Shown one piece after another: positions 1 through 10,315 of a stretch of DNA of 32,000 bases. The position numbers and the translations under genes were made by a program. The notes under the pieces were generated by a model. The model worked only from the letters and a program-made list of their open reading frames with translations, was not told the origin of the DNA and did no database searches. This DNA is from an uncultured Cohaesibacter sp. Its GTDB lineage: Bacteria; Pseudomonadota; Alphaproteobacteria; Rhizobiales; Cohaesibacteraceae. Each line of letters opens with the position of its first letter. Position 1 is the first letter of the stretch. The stretch is from positions 904,510 through 936,509 of the forward strand of contig OY762934.1 of the NCBI GenBank assembly GCA_963667045.1. The letters are read 5' to 3'.

Positions 1-100
1 TGTTGATCGATCCTAGCGACATCCAAAATCCTGAGGTTATCGGCACCTCCATGGTCGCAGATTGATGGTTTCAATCCTGACTGCGCCGATTGGCAACTGA

Positions 101-778
101 CTAGTCCGGAACTCTCAAACTGTAACCGGAGCCGCGTACTGTCTGAAGCAGGGCGGGTTCGAACCCCTTGTCGATCTTGGACCGAAGACGTGAGATATGC
201 ACGTCAATGACGTTGGTCTGAGGGTCAAAATGATAGTCCCAGACATTTTCGAGCAACATGGTGCGGGTCACGACCTGACCGGCGTTCTTCATGAGATATT
301 CAAGCAAGCGGAATTCTCGTGGCTGCAGAAGAATGGTTTCGCCTGCCCGTTTGACACTGTGTGATAGCCGGTCAAGCTCCAGATCTGCAACGCGATAAAC
401 CGTCTCGACTTCACCGGGATTGCGTCTGCGCGCCATGACCTCGATGCGGGCCAACAGTTCCGTGAAAGCGTATGGCTTGGTCAGATAGTCATCGCCGCCA
501 GCCCTTAGGCCTGTCACGCGGTCATCCACTTCGCCTAGAGCGGAGAGGATCAGTACCGGCGTTTCATCACTTTCCTTGCGTCTTTGCTCGATGATCGACA
601 AGCCATCGCGCTTGGGCAGCATACGATCAACGATCATAACGTCATAGCCACTCTGGGAAGCCATTGTGTAACCCTGATCGCCATCGGCTGCGTGTTCGCA
701 GTGATGTCCGGCTTCCTTGAGGCCCTTGGCCAGATAGGCCGCAGCTTCAATATCATCTTCGATAATCAGGATACGCAT
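101..778 (-). CDS. OmpR/PhoB-family two-component response regulator
   Basis: 225-aa ORF with ATG at 778-776. Receiver domain (MRILIIEDD, acceptor Asp context VMIVDRMLPKRDG, LSALG, TKPY) plus winged-helix output (EFRLLEYLM, VRGSGYSL). The 100 nt downstream are too short to call a partner kinase. Confidence 0.9.
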   Translation of the reverse strand: MRILIIEDDIEAAAYLAKGLKEAGHHCEHAADGDQGYTMASQSGYDVMIVDRMLPKRDGLSIIEQRRKESDETPVLILSALGEVDDRVTGLRAGGDDYLTKPYAFTELLARIEVMARRRNPGEVETVYRVADLELDRLSHSVKRAGETILLQPREFRLLEYLMKNAGQVVTRTMLLENVWDYHFDPQTNVIDVHISRLRSKIDKGFEPALLQTVRGSGYSLRVPD

Positions 779-1010
779 AATGTGCCTCTTTGCTTTTGGC
801 GACCTTACAGCTTAGAGAGATGAGCGTTGTCCATTGATATGGACGGAGGCTGCCTCGAGAGATTTGTCTAGAGGATTATAACGGTCTTTGCCATTCAGCA
901 AAGGTCGTTTTGGGGGAAAAGTCCGCAAAACCACAGGCTTGCAGTACAGATTGGAGGAAGGGGAAGTGGTGCCTCCTCTTCCTCCTGTCTTGAGAACGAA
1001 GGTATGAAAC

Positions 1011-2528
1011 CTACTTTTTCAGCGGCAAACCGACAAAACGAATACCCGCATCGGTCTTGATCCGCATCAGGATGGTCTTGCGCCCGTTATCCTTGGCAGC
1101 AGTGATTTCCTTTTTAGCATCAGCAACACTGGTGACCTGCTTGCCACCAACCGACTGGATGATATCACCACGCGAAAGTCCTTTGTCAGCCGCTACGCTA
1201 TCGGCTTCGACGCCGGTAACAATCAGGCCCTCATCGCTTGACTGCAGCGTCATCCCGAACTCCGAAAGATCTGCAGGAGCCGCGGGCTGCTGGGTATCAG
1301 AACCGTTGCTGCCACCGGAAGCGACTTCCTCCGGATAGGTGCCAAGATGGACGGTAAGCTTGATTTCCTTGTTGTCGCGCCAGATGGTCAGTGCAACATC
1401 AGAATTCGGATCGGCGCGACCGATGTGGCGAGCCAGCTCACGGGTATTCTTGACTTCATCACCATCCACGGCGAGAATCACGTCGCCGACCTGTACGCCA
1501 GCCTTGAAGGCAGGCGCAGTTTCATCGGTACTGGTGACCATCGCGCCCTTGGCTTCGGCCAGACCGAGGCTGTCAGCAATATCGTCCGTGACGTTCTGGA
1601 TATGAACGCCAAGCCAGCCGCGTTGCACCTTGCCACCATGCTGCAGGTCGTTGATCACATCCTTGGCAACTTCCGCCGGAATAGCAAAGGCAATGCCCAC
1701 ATTGCCGCCGGACGGAGAATAAATCGCGGTGTTGATGCCGATCACTTCGCCATTGAGATTAAAGGTCGGGCCACCAGAGTTGCCCTTGTTTACCGCTGCG
1801 TCGATCTGAATGAAGCTTTCGTAGTTCTTGGCACTGATGTCACGACCATCGGCAGAAATGATACCAGCGGTCACCGTTCCGCCAAGGCCGAACGGGTTGC
1901 CCACGGCCAGAACCCAGGAACCAACAGCTGGCAGAGTGTCGGCAAATTTTACATACTGAAATTTGCGATCAGGCTTCCGGACCTTCAGCAAAGCAAGATC
2001 GGATTTCTCATCAGACCCGACAAGATCGGCGTCCAGCTTGGTGCCATCATCCATGACAAGAACAAATTCGACACCCTTGTCAACAACATGGTGGTTGGTT
2101 ACGACATAGCCATCGTCAGAGATAAAGAAACCGGAGCCCTGTGCCTGAGCATAGTGTGGCACAGCCTTTTTCTGGTTCTGATCACCCTGGTCATTCTGAT
2201 CGCCGAAACGGCGGAAGAACCGATTGAACGGATGATCCTCTGGCAGATCACGAAACTCAGGGAAGCCGGGAATGGTGAAGTTCTGGACGGTCTGCGGCTC
2301 GATTTCCGTCTTTACCTGAACCGAAACAACGGCAGGTTTTACTGCCTTGACAACATTGGTAAAGTCTACGGGCTGCGCCGAAGCTGTCACTTCAACCGCT
2401 TCTGCTCTGGCAGCTGGCTTCCCAGTGACAAGGGTCGGGACAGTTGCCCCAGCCACGACGCCCAGGCACAAGGCGGACGCCAACAACGTTGTCTTTACCG
2501 ATACGTGTTTCAACTTGGATATGGTCAT
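1011..2528 (-). CDS. degP: periplasmic serine endoprotease DegP/HtrA (Do family), two PDZ domains
   Basis: The track ORF starts at a TTG (2531). The adjacent ATG at 2528 has a GGAGA Shine-Dalgarno 6-7 nt upstream. N-terminal signal peptide, catalytic triad contexts TNHHVV / DLALLKV / GNSGGP, and two C-terminal PDZ-like segments. It lies downstream of the ccm genes, as in the rhizobial cycHJKL-degP arrangement. Confidence 0.93.
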   Translation of the reverse strand: MTISKLKHVSVKTTLLASALCLGVVAGATVPTLVTGKPAARAEAVEVTASAQPVDFTNVVKAVKPAVVSVQVKTEIEPQTVQNFTIPGFPEFRDLPEDHPFNRFFRRFGDQNDQGDQNQKKAVPHYAQAQGSGFFISDDGYVVTNHHVVDKGVEFVLVMDDGTKLDADLVGSDEKSDLALLKVRKPDRKFQYVKFADTLPAVGSWVLAVGNPFGLGGTVTAGIISADGRDISAKNYESFIQIDAAVNKGNSGGPTFNLNGEVIGINTAIYSPSGGNVGIAFAIPAEVAKDVINDLQHGGKVQRGWLGVHIQNVTDDIADSLGLAEAKGAMVTSTDETAPAFKAGVQVGDVILAVDGDEVKNTRELARHIGRADPNSDVALTIWRDNKEIKLTVHLGTYPEEVASGGSNGSDTQQPAAPADLSEFGMTLQSSDEGLIVTGVEADSVAADKGLSRGDIIQSVGGKQVTSVADAKKEITAAKDNGRKTILMRIKTDAGIRFVGLPLKK

Positions 2529-2879
2529 CAAGGGTCTCCGCTCATTTTCAGATCTGGCTGCCTTGAGGCACAGGCCAGACTATTCCAATAAATGTCCGTT
2601 TTGACGAAGGCTCAACGCACTACCCTCCAGTTTTTAGAAAGGCCGCACTCATGCGCTTCGTTGTGATGAGTATTTTATATGGGACAAAATTGGCCATATG
2701 CGAGCGGATAGAATTAAAGATGCGTAATGTTAAATATGCACCTTTTGTCAAATACTTTCAAATACTTAATTGGTCTTCTAAAGACAACGGTTGCAAATTG
2801 GCTTCAAGAAAATTTGATGACCTGATAAATTTCGGCACGCTTTTGCCACAATCCTTAACACAGAGCGACGATCTATGCC

Positions 2880-4145
2880 CTACTGAAAGCGCTTCTGAGC
2901 TTCCAGCGTGAGTCCGATTCCCACCGAACCGAAGGCATCTCCCTCGATTATGGTCGCATGTGGTGCCATCGCTGTAAGGCTCTCGCGGATATAGGGAACC
3001 TTGGTGGAACCACCTGTCAGGAAGACTGCAGTGATTTCTTCGCCAGACAAACCTGCCGCATTGAGAGCTTCCGCAATCGTGAGCCGGATACGTCTTGTGC
3101 CATCTTCCAGAGCGTCGATCAGATCTTCACGCGTCATGATCGCAGAAAGCCCCATCTCAACGAAAGACAGTGACAACTCTGTACGCTCCTGATCGGAAAG
3201 GACCATCTTGCTGTTTTCCACGGACAGCGCCAGCTTGTGCCCTTCGCGCAGATCCAGAAGATGAATCAGCCGATCAAGCAAGTGCGGCTCCTTGGCTTCC
3301 TTGCGCAGGTATCGCAACTCGCTATGAGTCTTATGGTCGTAGAGGAAGTTTATTTTTTGCCAGGTTGCCAGGTCATGATAATAGCCCACGGGCATCAAGC
3401 GCCCTTCTTTGAGCATCTCACTGCGATAGCCCATCAGCGGCATGATCCGAGCTAGAGAAAGCCAGCGATCAAAGTCCGTCCCGCCGACATGGACACCTGT
3501 GTTGGCAAGGATCTGATCGCGTGAATTGCCGCTCTGCATAGTCTGGCTGGCGGGCGCGACCTTGAGGATGGTAAAGTCCGAAGTACCACCGCCAATATCA
3601 ATGATGAGGGCGATTTCTTCTCGAGTGGCCTGCTGCTGAAAGTCTCGGGCTGCGGCAACCGGTTCGTACTCAAACTCGACATCCTTGAAACCAAGATCCT
3701 CTGCGATCGACCGCATGGTCCCTTCAGCCTCCCGGTCGGCGTCAGGATTGTGATCTACGAAAAAAACAGGCCGTCCGAGGACAACCTTAGTCAGTTCCTG
3801 ATGCAACTGAGATTCGGCCGTCGTCTTCATATGGCGCAGAAAGGCCGCTAGCACCGCGGTGAAGGGCTTGCGCTCACTTCCGACCATCGTGAATTCCTGC
3901 ATGGTCGACGTACCCAGAATGGATTTGAGCGCGCGCATCATGCGCCCTTCCCCACCCTCAAGATAGGTGTTGATGGCATCTCGCCCGAAATGGATACCAT
4001 GGTCCTCAAAATCGAAGAATAGAGCGGAAGGGATGGTGACCTCTTCCCCCTCCAGAGCGACCAACTCTGCCTTGCCTTTGTTCATCAGGCCGAGTGTCGA
4101 ATTCGAGGTTCCAAAATCAAGACCGCAAAAAACCTGCTCAGACAT
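2880..4145 (-). CDS. Hsp70-family (YegD-like) ATPase
   Basis: Actin-fold phosphate motifs GLDFGTSNST and IDIGGGTSDFT, and C-terminal LTGGSTKVP. I start it at ATG 4145 (MSEQVFCGLDFG), preceded by GGAAGGA, not at the track start 4199. Confidence 0.85.
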   Translation of the reverse strand: MSEQVFCGLDFGTSNSTLGLMNKGKAELVALEGEEVTIPSALFFDFEDHGIHFGRDAINTYLEGGEGRMMRALKSILGTSTMQEFTMVGSERKPFTAVLAAFLRHMKTTAESQLHQELTKVVLGRPVFFVDHNPDADREAEGTMRSIAEDLGFKDVEFEYEPVAAARDFQQQATREEIALIIDIGGGTSDFTILKVAPASQTMQSGNSRDQILANTGVHVGGTDFDRWLSLARIMPLMGYRSEMLKEGRLMPVGYYHDLATWQKINFLYDHKTHSELRYLRKEAKEPHLLDRLIHLLDLREGHKLALSVENSKMVLSDQERTELSLSFVEMGLSAIMTREDLIDALEDGTRRIRLTIAEALNAAGLSGEEITAVFLTGGSTKVPYIRESLTAMAPHATIIEGDAFGSVGIGLTLEAQKRFQ

Positions 4146-4170
4146 AGCCCAATCCTTCCAGCATCCCATA

Positions 4171-4207
4171 CAAACAAAAGGGCACCCAAGGATCATCACC
4201 GGGTGCC
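4171..4207 (-). terminator. intrinsic terminator candidate downstream of ccmH
   Basis: On the minus strand: GGCACCC-13 nt loop-GGGTGCC (4207-4181) followed by CTTTTGTTTGT (4180-4171). Confidence 0.5.
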
Positions 4208-4339
4208 GGAACGGGCGGGATTAGCATGAAGGCAGAGATTTTGAAAGGGTGATATCCACCGATTTTCCGAGCGCTCGCCATTTGTGACGCTGGGACTGCT
4301 TTCAAGCGGACATGGTCAGATCGTCAAGTAGCCTCATCA

Positions 4340-4885
4340 TCACTTATTGTCGTCATCAGACAGGATGAGATCGAGCCGATCCTTTTCTTCCTTGGAAAGA
4401 TGTGTCTGCCCGCTCGCCTCAGCCTTTTGTGCAAGCGCCCTGTTTCTCCGATAGAACAGAAAAACGGATGCACCGCCTAACAGCAGAACAAGCGGACCGA
4501 ACGCCCAAAGCAACAGGTTCTTAGATGAAAATGTCGGCTTGAGAAGGACGAATTCGCCATAGCGATCAACAAGGAAGTCTTTGACTTCCTTGTTGCTGTC
4601 GCCCTTGGTAAGCCGATCTCTCACCAAAACACGTAAGTCGTGCGCCAGTGGGGCATCGGAATCATCAATCGACTGGTTTTGACAAACCAGACACCGCAAT
4701 CCTTCCGAAATATCTCGGGCCCGGGCTTCCAGATCAGGGTTCTTCAACATCTCATCAGGCTTCACGGCAAAGGCCGGGTCAGAGAGAAATTGCATGGATG
4801 CTATCAACACAAGAGCTACCATCAGCTTCGTAGCGGTCTGGAAGACACTTCGAAAGGAGCGCGGATTTGCCAACATCATATTCAT
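4340..4885 (-). CDS. ccmH: cytochrome c-type biogenesis protein CcmH (CycL)
   Basis: Signal/TM segment then the LRCLVCQNQSIDDSDAPLA motif (CXXC) and a second TM, as in CcmH. The start is taken at ATG 4885 (MNMM; ATGs also at 4879 and 4876), just after the ccmF stop. The track start 5002 would overlap ccmF by about 90 nt. Confidence 0.9.
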   Translation of the reverse strand: MNMMLANPRSFRSVFQTATKLMVALVLIASMQFLSDPAFAVKPDEMLKNPDLEARARDISEGLRCLVCQNQSIDDSDAPLAHDLRVLVRDRLTKGDSNKEVKDFLVDRYGEFVLLKPTFSSKNLLLWAFGPLVLLLGGASVFLFYRRNRALAQKAEASGQTHLSKEEKDRLDLILSDDDNK

Positions 4886-4910
4886 CCCTGTTCTCTGCTC
4901 AACAAAGCCA

Positions 4911-6896
4911 TCATGCCGTTCCAGCAGCCTCCTTGGCGCGCCCCTTTCGGGCCGGAGCACCAATTCGCAACCGGCGATCCGACAGCGAGAAGCATCCGCC
5001 AATAAACATCACCACGCAGCCGAGCCAGATGAAGGTTACCCATGGCTTGTAATAGATCCGGACACCAATGCCATCATCGTCTTGTTTGTCGCCCAATGAA
5101 ACATAAAGCTGGGTGACGCCACCAATCGTATAAATTGCCGTTTCGGTTGTTGGCATGTTGCGCGACGTATAGACCCGTTTTGCGGGATGAAGCTCCGTGA
5201 CCTCCTTGCCATCTTTCGTGACCTTGAAAGAGCCGATGAGATCAACATAGTTGAACGCGGAATGCTCGCGAAACCCGCCGAGTTCAAAGCTGTAACCTGA
5301 GACGGTAGCATGATCGCCCGGCTTCATGACCAGAATGGTTTCAGATTGATAGGCACTGGCAACAATAAGACCAAGCAGGGTCATACCAAGGCCAAAATGA
5401 CCAAGAGCTGCACCGAATACTGTGCGGGGCAATCCAACGAGGCGAGAGACAGATTTCGCGATGGGAAGCTTGAAAAGAGCGATGCGGAGAACAATCTCGG
5501 CCAGTGCACCGACCATGATCCAGACGGCAAGACCAATGCCAAGCGGTGCCATCGCACTACCACCATCGATCAGAGCGTAGCAAAGGACGGTAACAAAGAT
5601 CGCCGCACCCAAAGCAACGAAAAGGCGCTGGAACGCAGCAAAAAGATCCCCCCTTTTCCATGCAAGAAGCGGTCCGATCGGCACGGCAACAAGCAGTGGT
5701 ATCATCATCAGGCCAAATGTGGCGTTGAAGAAGGGAGCGCCAACGGAAATCTTGGCCCCTGTGATTGCTTCAAGCGCCAGAGGATACAGTGTTCCGATCA
5801 AAACAGCAGCGGCCGAGGCCGATAGAAAGAGGTTGTTGAAGACCAGCGACCCTTCGCGCGAAATGGGAGAAAAAATCCCTCCCTGCTTCAGCATCGGCGC
5901 TCGCCATGCAAACAGGGAAAGACCTCCACCGATGAAGGCAATCAGCAAGGCCAGAATAAAGACACCGCGAGAAGGATCGGTAGCAAAGGCATGCACGGAT
6001 GTCAGCACACCGGATCGCACGAGGAAGGTTCCGAGCAGCGATAGCGAGAAAGTCAAAATGGACAAAAGAATGGTCCAGACCTTCAGCGCCCCTCGCTTTT
6101 CCATGACGATTGCCGAATGCAGCAAGGCAGTACCACACAACCAGGGCATGAAGGAGGCGTTCTCGACAGGATCCCAGAACCAGTAACCACCCCAACCAAG
6201 TTCGTAATAGGCCCAATAGGATCCCATTGCGATGCCAAGGGTAAGAAGCCCCCAGGCAGTCAGCACCCAAGGCCGTACAAATCGCGCCCATGCAGCATCG
6301 ATCCTCCCTTCGAGCAGAGCGGCAATGGAAAAGGAGAAGGCAATGGAAAACCCGACATAGCCAAGATAGAGCAGCGGCGGATGGATAGCGAGGCCGATAT
6401 CCTGCAAGATAGGATTGAGATCCCGTCCTTCAATCGGTGCATTGGCAATGCGATGAAACGGATTGGACGTGAGGAGCACAAACAGAAGGAATGCGGACGT
6501 TATCCATCCCTGTACTGCCAGCGTATTGGCTTTGAGCTTAGGAGGTAGGTTGCGGCCAAATGCCCCGACAAGGGCACTGAAGATAGCCAGAATAAAGACC
6601 CAAAGCAGCATCGAGCCTTCATGGTTGCCCCAAACCGACGTAAACTTGAAAAGAAGCGGCATCTGCGAATGGCTGTTTTCCCAAACATTTTGAACAGAGA
6701 AGTCCGAAGTCACATAGGCGTTGGTCAACGTTGCAAAAGCCAGGCCGATGAGCAAAAATTGCAAAATCGCAATAGGACTCGCCACGGCCATCAGGCGGTT
6801 GTCATCTGTCTGTGCCCCCCAGATGGGAACGACGGACTGTATCAACGCCAGGGCAAGAGCTAGAACAAGCATGAAATGCCCCAATTCGATGATCAT
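4911..6896 (-). CDS. ccmF: cytochrome c heme lyase subunit CcmF (CycK)
   Basis: Polytopic membrane protein with the tryptophan-rich WGGYWFWDPVEN motif. N-terminus MIIELGHF is typical of CcmF. ATG 6896 has GGGAG 8 nt upstream. Confidence 0.95.
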   Translation of the reverse strand: MIIELGHFMLVLALALALIQSVVPIWGAQTDDNRLMAVASPIAILQFLLIGLAFATLTNAYVTSDFSVQNVWENSHSQMPLLFKFTSVWGNHEGSMLLWVFILAIFSALVGAFGRNLPPKLKANTLAVQGWITSAFLLFVLLTSNPFHRIANAPIEGRDLNPILQDIGLAIHPPLLYLGYVGFSIAFSFSIAALLEGRIDAAWARFVRPWVLTAWGLLTLGIAMGSYWAYYELGWGGYWFWDPVENASFMPWLCGTALLHSAIVMEKRGALKVWTILLSILTFSLSLLGTFLVRSGVLTSVHAFATDPSRGVFILALLIAFIGGGLSLFAWRAPMLKQGGIFSPISREGSLVFNNLFLSASAAAVLIGTLYPLALEAITGAKISVGAPFFNATFGLMMIPLLVAVPIGPLLAWKRGDLFAAFQRLFVALGAAIFVTVLCYALIDGGSAMAPLGIGLAVWIMVGALAEIVLRIALFKLPIAKSVSRLVGLPRTVFGAALGHFGLGMTLLGLIVASAYQSETILVMKPGDHATVSGYSFELGGFREHSAFNYVDLIGSFKVTKDGKEVTELHPAKRVYTSRNMPTTETAIYTIGGVTQLYVSLGDKQDDDGIGVRIYYKPWVTFIWLGCVVMFIGGCFSLSDRRLRIGAPARKGRAKEAAGTA

Positions 6897-6995
6897 TGAC
6901 AATCTCCCGGTTTTGCGTACTCGCCACTTCAGCAAGCTGACTTAGTCTATTTTATTGTTCTTCGAGGCTCTATCGCAAAGCGTGTTCCCGATGCG

Positions 6996-7451
6996 TCAGT
7001 TCGCTCGAACCTTGCCGTAGCTGTCCTGCCAGTGGCCCTGCTCCTTCAAAGCGTCGGCCACTTCGCGAGGCATGTAATTCTCGTCATGCTTGGCAAGCAC
7101 CGTATCTGCCGTGAATGAGCCATCAGCATTGAGAGCCCCTTCGGTCACGACACCCTGTCCTTCCCGGAAAAGGTCTGGCAGAATACCTGCATAGGCGACC
7201 TTGATTTCGGCCCCACCATCGGTGACGACAAATGTCACATGGGCGTTGTCAGAACGAACGACAGAATCGTCCACGACCAAGCCACCCAGACGGATGCGCT
7301 GACCCGGCTCAACGCCTTTTTCCGCAATTTCCGAAGGGCTCATGAAAAATGTGATCTGATTTTGCAAAGCAAACAAAATCAGTCCGACGGCAGCGAAGAG
7401 GACAGCACCGGCAGCCCCGATCAGCATCATCCTTTTTTGTTTTCTCGACAT
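6996..7451 (-). CDS. ccmE: heme chaperone CcmE (CycJ)
   Basis: 151 aa with an N-terminal membrane anchor, an OB-fold region and a C-terminal [10 protein letters not shown] containing the heme-binding His. Confidence 0.95.
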   Translation of the reverse strand: MSRKQKRMMLIGAAGAVLFAAVGLILFALQNQITFFMSPSEIAEKGVEPGQRIRLGGLVVDDSVVRSDNAHVTFVVTDGGAEIKVAYAGILPDLFREGQGVVTEGALNADGSFTADTVLAKHDENYMPREVADALKEQGHWQDSYGKVRAN

Positions 7452-7526
7452 GAACAGATCCTTCTTGTCATCGCCTGATAGTAAGAAACTTGATTTGCCA
7501 GCACCCTTTTCCCGGATGCATCGAAA

Positions 7527-8735
7527 CTATTGAGTTATGGAGACACCGAGTGAGCGCGCGGCTGCTTTGACTTTCTCTATGCCTTCCACGTCGGACTGAA
7601 GAGCATCCAATGCACGGGTCACCGTTTTTGCTGCCATATCAGGCCGATTCAAAACCAGCTCGGCCCTGATCAAACGAACCCATTCATCTGGCGTGCCACC
7701 ATCAGAATTCAGCCGCTCTGCAAGATTCGAGACCATGCCTTCGATCATCTGCTGTCTTTCTTCCGCAGTCATCTCGGCAGCATTCTGCACATCCTCTTTT
7801 GAAGGATTGGCCAATCCGCTGCCAGATTCGGCAGAAGAAGCATACCCGTCTTTTCCTTCAGCCGGCGACGCAAGGCGCTTTTCAAGAGCAGCAATCTGAT
7901 TCTTGGCAAACGGAATCCACGGGGCATCCTCAGCAGAATCATCTACCAGTTCCTGCCATTTCTTTATAGCTTCCCGCTCCTGTCCTACCTGCCCTAGAGC
8001 GATTGCCAGAAAGAAACGAGGCTTGGGAGCTGTCGCGTCCAACAGATTGGCGCGCTGGAACAATTCCTGAGCTTCTGCATTGACGACGCCTGCATCTTGT
8101 ATAACGAGAACTTCGCCGAGATCAGACAAGGTCTCTACACTTTCGCCTTCGATCCGCAAGATGTTCCGATAAGCCACGATAGCATCTTCTGTTCGCCGCA
8201 TACGCGCATAAATTGGCGCAAGTCTCTTCCACCCCACTAGATCATCTGGATTGCGTGCAAGCTTTCTTTCCGCCGATGCTACCAGTTCGGTTAGACTCTG
8301 CTGCTCAGGCGGTTTTGACAAACGACGCTGCAACGGCTGGCTTTGCAACCCCGGAGAGCCCAACGCAAAATAGAGGCCCGAGGACAACAACGGTATCAGA
8401 AGAGCGATTACGACAACCGCAAATTTGAGATTGGACGTGCCCGAGTCTTCTTCAGAGGATAAAGCGTCGCGATTCGGACGCATCTCGCTACTTTCCTTGT
8501 CGAGCGCATCCTGAGCACCAATCAAGCGACGAGCGACCTCGGCCCGTGCAGCATCGGCCTCAGCCTCGTCAATCAGCCCACGTTCGACATCACCATCGAT
8601 TTCCTTTAGCTGAGACTTGTAGATCGTGAGATCATAAGCGTTTGCACTCTCAATCTTGCGTTCTTTTCGCAATAGAGGATAGATCGCAACAGCCATGGTC
8701 ACGAGGGTCAATACGACAGCAATTGTCCAAAACAT
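7527..8735 (-). CDS. ccmI: cytochrome c-type biogenesis protein CcmI (CycH), TPR-containing
   Basis: 402 aa. Two N-terminal TM segments separated by a charged loop, then a TPR-like periplasmic domain. It is the first gene of the ccmI-E-F-H block, in cycHJKL order. Confidence 0.85.
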   Translation of the reverse strand: MFWTIAVVLTLVTMAVAIYPLLRKERKIESANAYDLTIYKSQLKEIDGDVERGLIDEAEADAARAEVARRLIGAQDALDKESSEMRPNRDALSSEEDSGTSNLKFAVVVIALLIPLLSSGLYFALGSPGLQSQPLQRRLSKPPEQQSLTELVASAERKLARNPDDLVGWKRLAPIYARMRRTEDAIVAYRNILRIEGESVETLSDLGEVLVIQDAGVVNAEAQELFQRANLLDATAPKPRFFLAIALGQVGQEREAIKKWQELVDDSAEDAPWIPFAKNQIAALEKRLASPAEGKDGYASSAESGSGLANPSKEDVQNAAEMTAEERQQMIEGMVSNLAERLNSDGGTPDEWVRLIRAELVLNRPDMAAKTVTRALDALQSDVEGIEKVKAAARSLGVSITQ

Positions 8736-8920
8736 ACAGGTCCAACTCTCACACTAGTCCACCCCGCAGCATTTCCTATTTTGCAAGGAAGTCAAATTAA
8801 CACATGTTCATCTAACAATGGGATGAGGGAAAAACCGGACAAGCCGATGGCTTAACCGAGCCTTGCAAACAGGCATCAGAGAAACTCGGAAAATTCAACT
8901 GATGAAAGGTTGGAAACAGA

Positions 8921-10315
8921 CTACCCGACCTCAGCGACCTGAAGCTCCTTGACTGTTGCGGCTGCATTCAGCTGCCGCTTGAAGGCATTCGCGTAGTCTT
9001 CATCAAAAACATTTCTGGCCAGATCAACCGCTGCAGAATGAAGCTTGGCAATCGTCTCACTTCCTGCCGACTGTCTGGTTCTCTCCACAAGTGATGTGGT
9101 GAGGATTTCAAATGCTTGATCCAGCTCCTTGCGAGCATCGCTGATGGGGCCATTCATGGCCAGATAGTCCTTTGCCAGCTCGGCCTGATGGAAAATCTTT
9201 GCAGCCCTGATAGCGTCGGCTACAAGATCCTCATCCACGAGTTCCTCTTCCGTATTCTTCGGAGCCCGCAAAGCGCGGCGAACCAATCCGGGCACAGCCT
9301 CAACGTCCTTCTTCAGAAGTCCAGACATTTTCTTCTTCATATCTGTAAGCGTTTTGCCCCAAGCACTTTGGGCAGGCAACTCAAGTTCAACGGAAACAGC
9401 TTTTGCGAGCTTGGTCCATTGAGAGAAATACTTTAGCGCCTCATCAAGGCTGGAATGCTCTTGCATATTAGCTTCGACCAAGGCGGTCAGGGCGTTCATA
9501 TCAGCAAAGACTTGATGAACAGCTGGTGCATACACAGTCGCAGCGACCTGAACAGCATCGTCTGATCCTGAAAGCTTTGTGGCCAACTGAAGTTTTTGAC
9601 GCGGCGAGGCAAGCTTTTTGGAAAGCGCAGACACTAGCCACGATGTTCGGAGTGGTGCCTGCTGGATATATCGAGAGATAAGCTTGTAGGCCTCTTCGCC
9701 TTCTGGGCTGGTCCAGCTATCGATCTCTGTATTCAAACGCCCTAGTAAGGGCTTCAAGGGCATCAGTCGCTCAGAACTGATCAGAATGTCAAGAAGATCC
9801 TTATAGACGATCTCGCCACCCAACTGGTTGGCAAGCTTCTGCTCCCCTGCCAATTCTCGCGACATCAGCTTAAGCTTCTTTTTAATGGAAGCGACAAACT
9901 CAGCACAAAGTGCAGATGAATGCCTGGAGATTTCCTGCTTTTCTATTGCGCTGCAATCCATCTGCAGTTTTTGTGTTTGCTCGGGTGTCGCAATATCTCT
10001 CTTGATCCAATTCCATATAGCCTCAAAGGATAATGGATTGATTCTGGCTTCCTGTTTGGCAACCAGTTCATATTCGCTTGCAAAATAACGAGCGTCTCTG
10101 AAGAAATCCACTTTGGCGAATTCTTCCAGCGGGACGACTTTCTCTTCCACGTTCAGAATATCGCGTAAGGCGGCAACAATGAGCGCTGCCGCAGCGTCAT
10201 TCTTACCCTCTCTCTCTGCCTTTTCCAGATTCCGCAGGAGAAGATTTTGGGCGTTTTCCGACAGCGTCGAGAGATAAAGCTTGAGCTTTTCCTTTAGCTT
10301 TTCCATGCCATCCAT
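8921..10315 (-). CDS. hypothetical protein, predicted all-helical, no recognisable domain
   Basis: 464-aa ORF with ATG 10315 and a GGGGTG SD-like element upstream. K/E/L/A-rich, with no TM segment or signal peptide. Local GC is visibly lower (sampled 43-55%) than the flanking genes. A terminator candidate and an AT-rich region lie upstream of it. Confidence 0.7.
   Translation of the reverse strand: MDGMEKLKEKLKLYLSTLSENAQNLLLRNLEKAEREGKNDAAAALIVAALRDILNVEEKVVPLEEFAKVDFFRDARYFASEYELVAKQEARINPLSFEAIWNWIKRDIATPEQTQKLQMDCSAIEKQEISRHSSALCAEFVASIKKKLKLMSRELAGEQKLANQLGGEIVYKDLLDILISSERLMPLKPLLGRLNTEIDSWTSPEGEEAYKLISRYIQQAPLRTSWLVSALSKKLASPRQKLQLATKLSGSDDAVQVAATVYAPAVHQVFADMNALTALVEANMQEHSSLDEALKYFSQWTKLAKAVSVELELPAQSAWGKTLTDMKKKMSGLLKKDVEAVPGLVRRALRAPKNTEEELVDEDLVADAIRAAKIFHQAELAKDYLAMNGPISDARKELDQAFEILTTSLVERTRQSAGSETIAKLHSAAVDLARNVFDEDYANAFKRQLNAAATVKELQVAEVG

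Noticed and set aside
1-100. Possible 5' end of a sensor kinase gene downstream of the first response regulator
   Set aside because: One frame stays open to the window edge, but it has no convincing start codon and no recognisable motif within 100 nt. It cannot be supported.
953-985. 8-bp GGAGGAAG/CTTCCTCC stem-loop after degP as a terminator
   Set aside because: No U-tract follows on the coding strand, so it is not a convincing intrinsic terminator. It may be an mRNA-stabilising hairpin.
1347-2591. 414-aa plus-strand ORF
   Set aside because: It is antisense to degP, whose protease and PDZ motifs are unambiguous on the minus strand.
2651-2911. 86-aa plus-strand ORF in the AT-rich degP upstream region
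   Set aside because: It lies in a low-GC intergenic promoter region, overlaps the 3' end of the Hsp70-like gene, and has no SD or motif. It is most likely non-coding.
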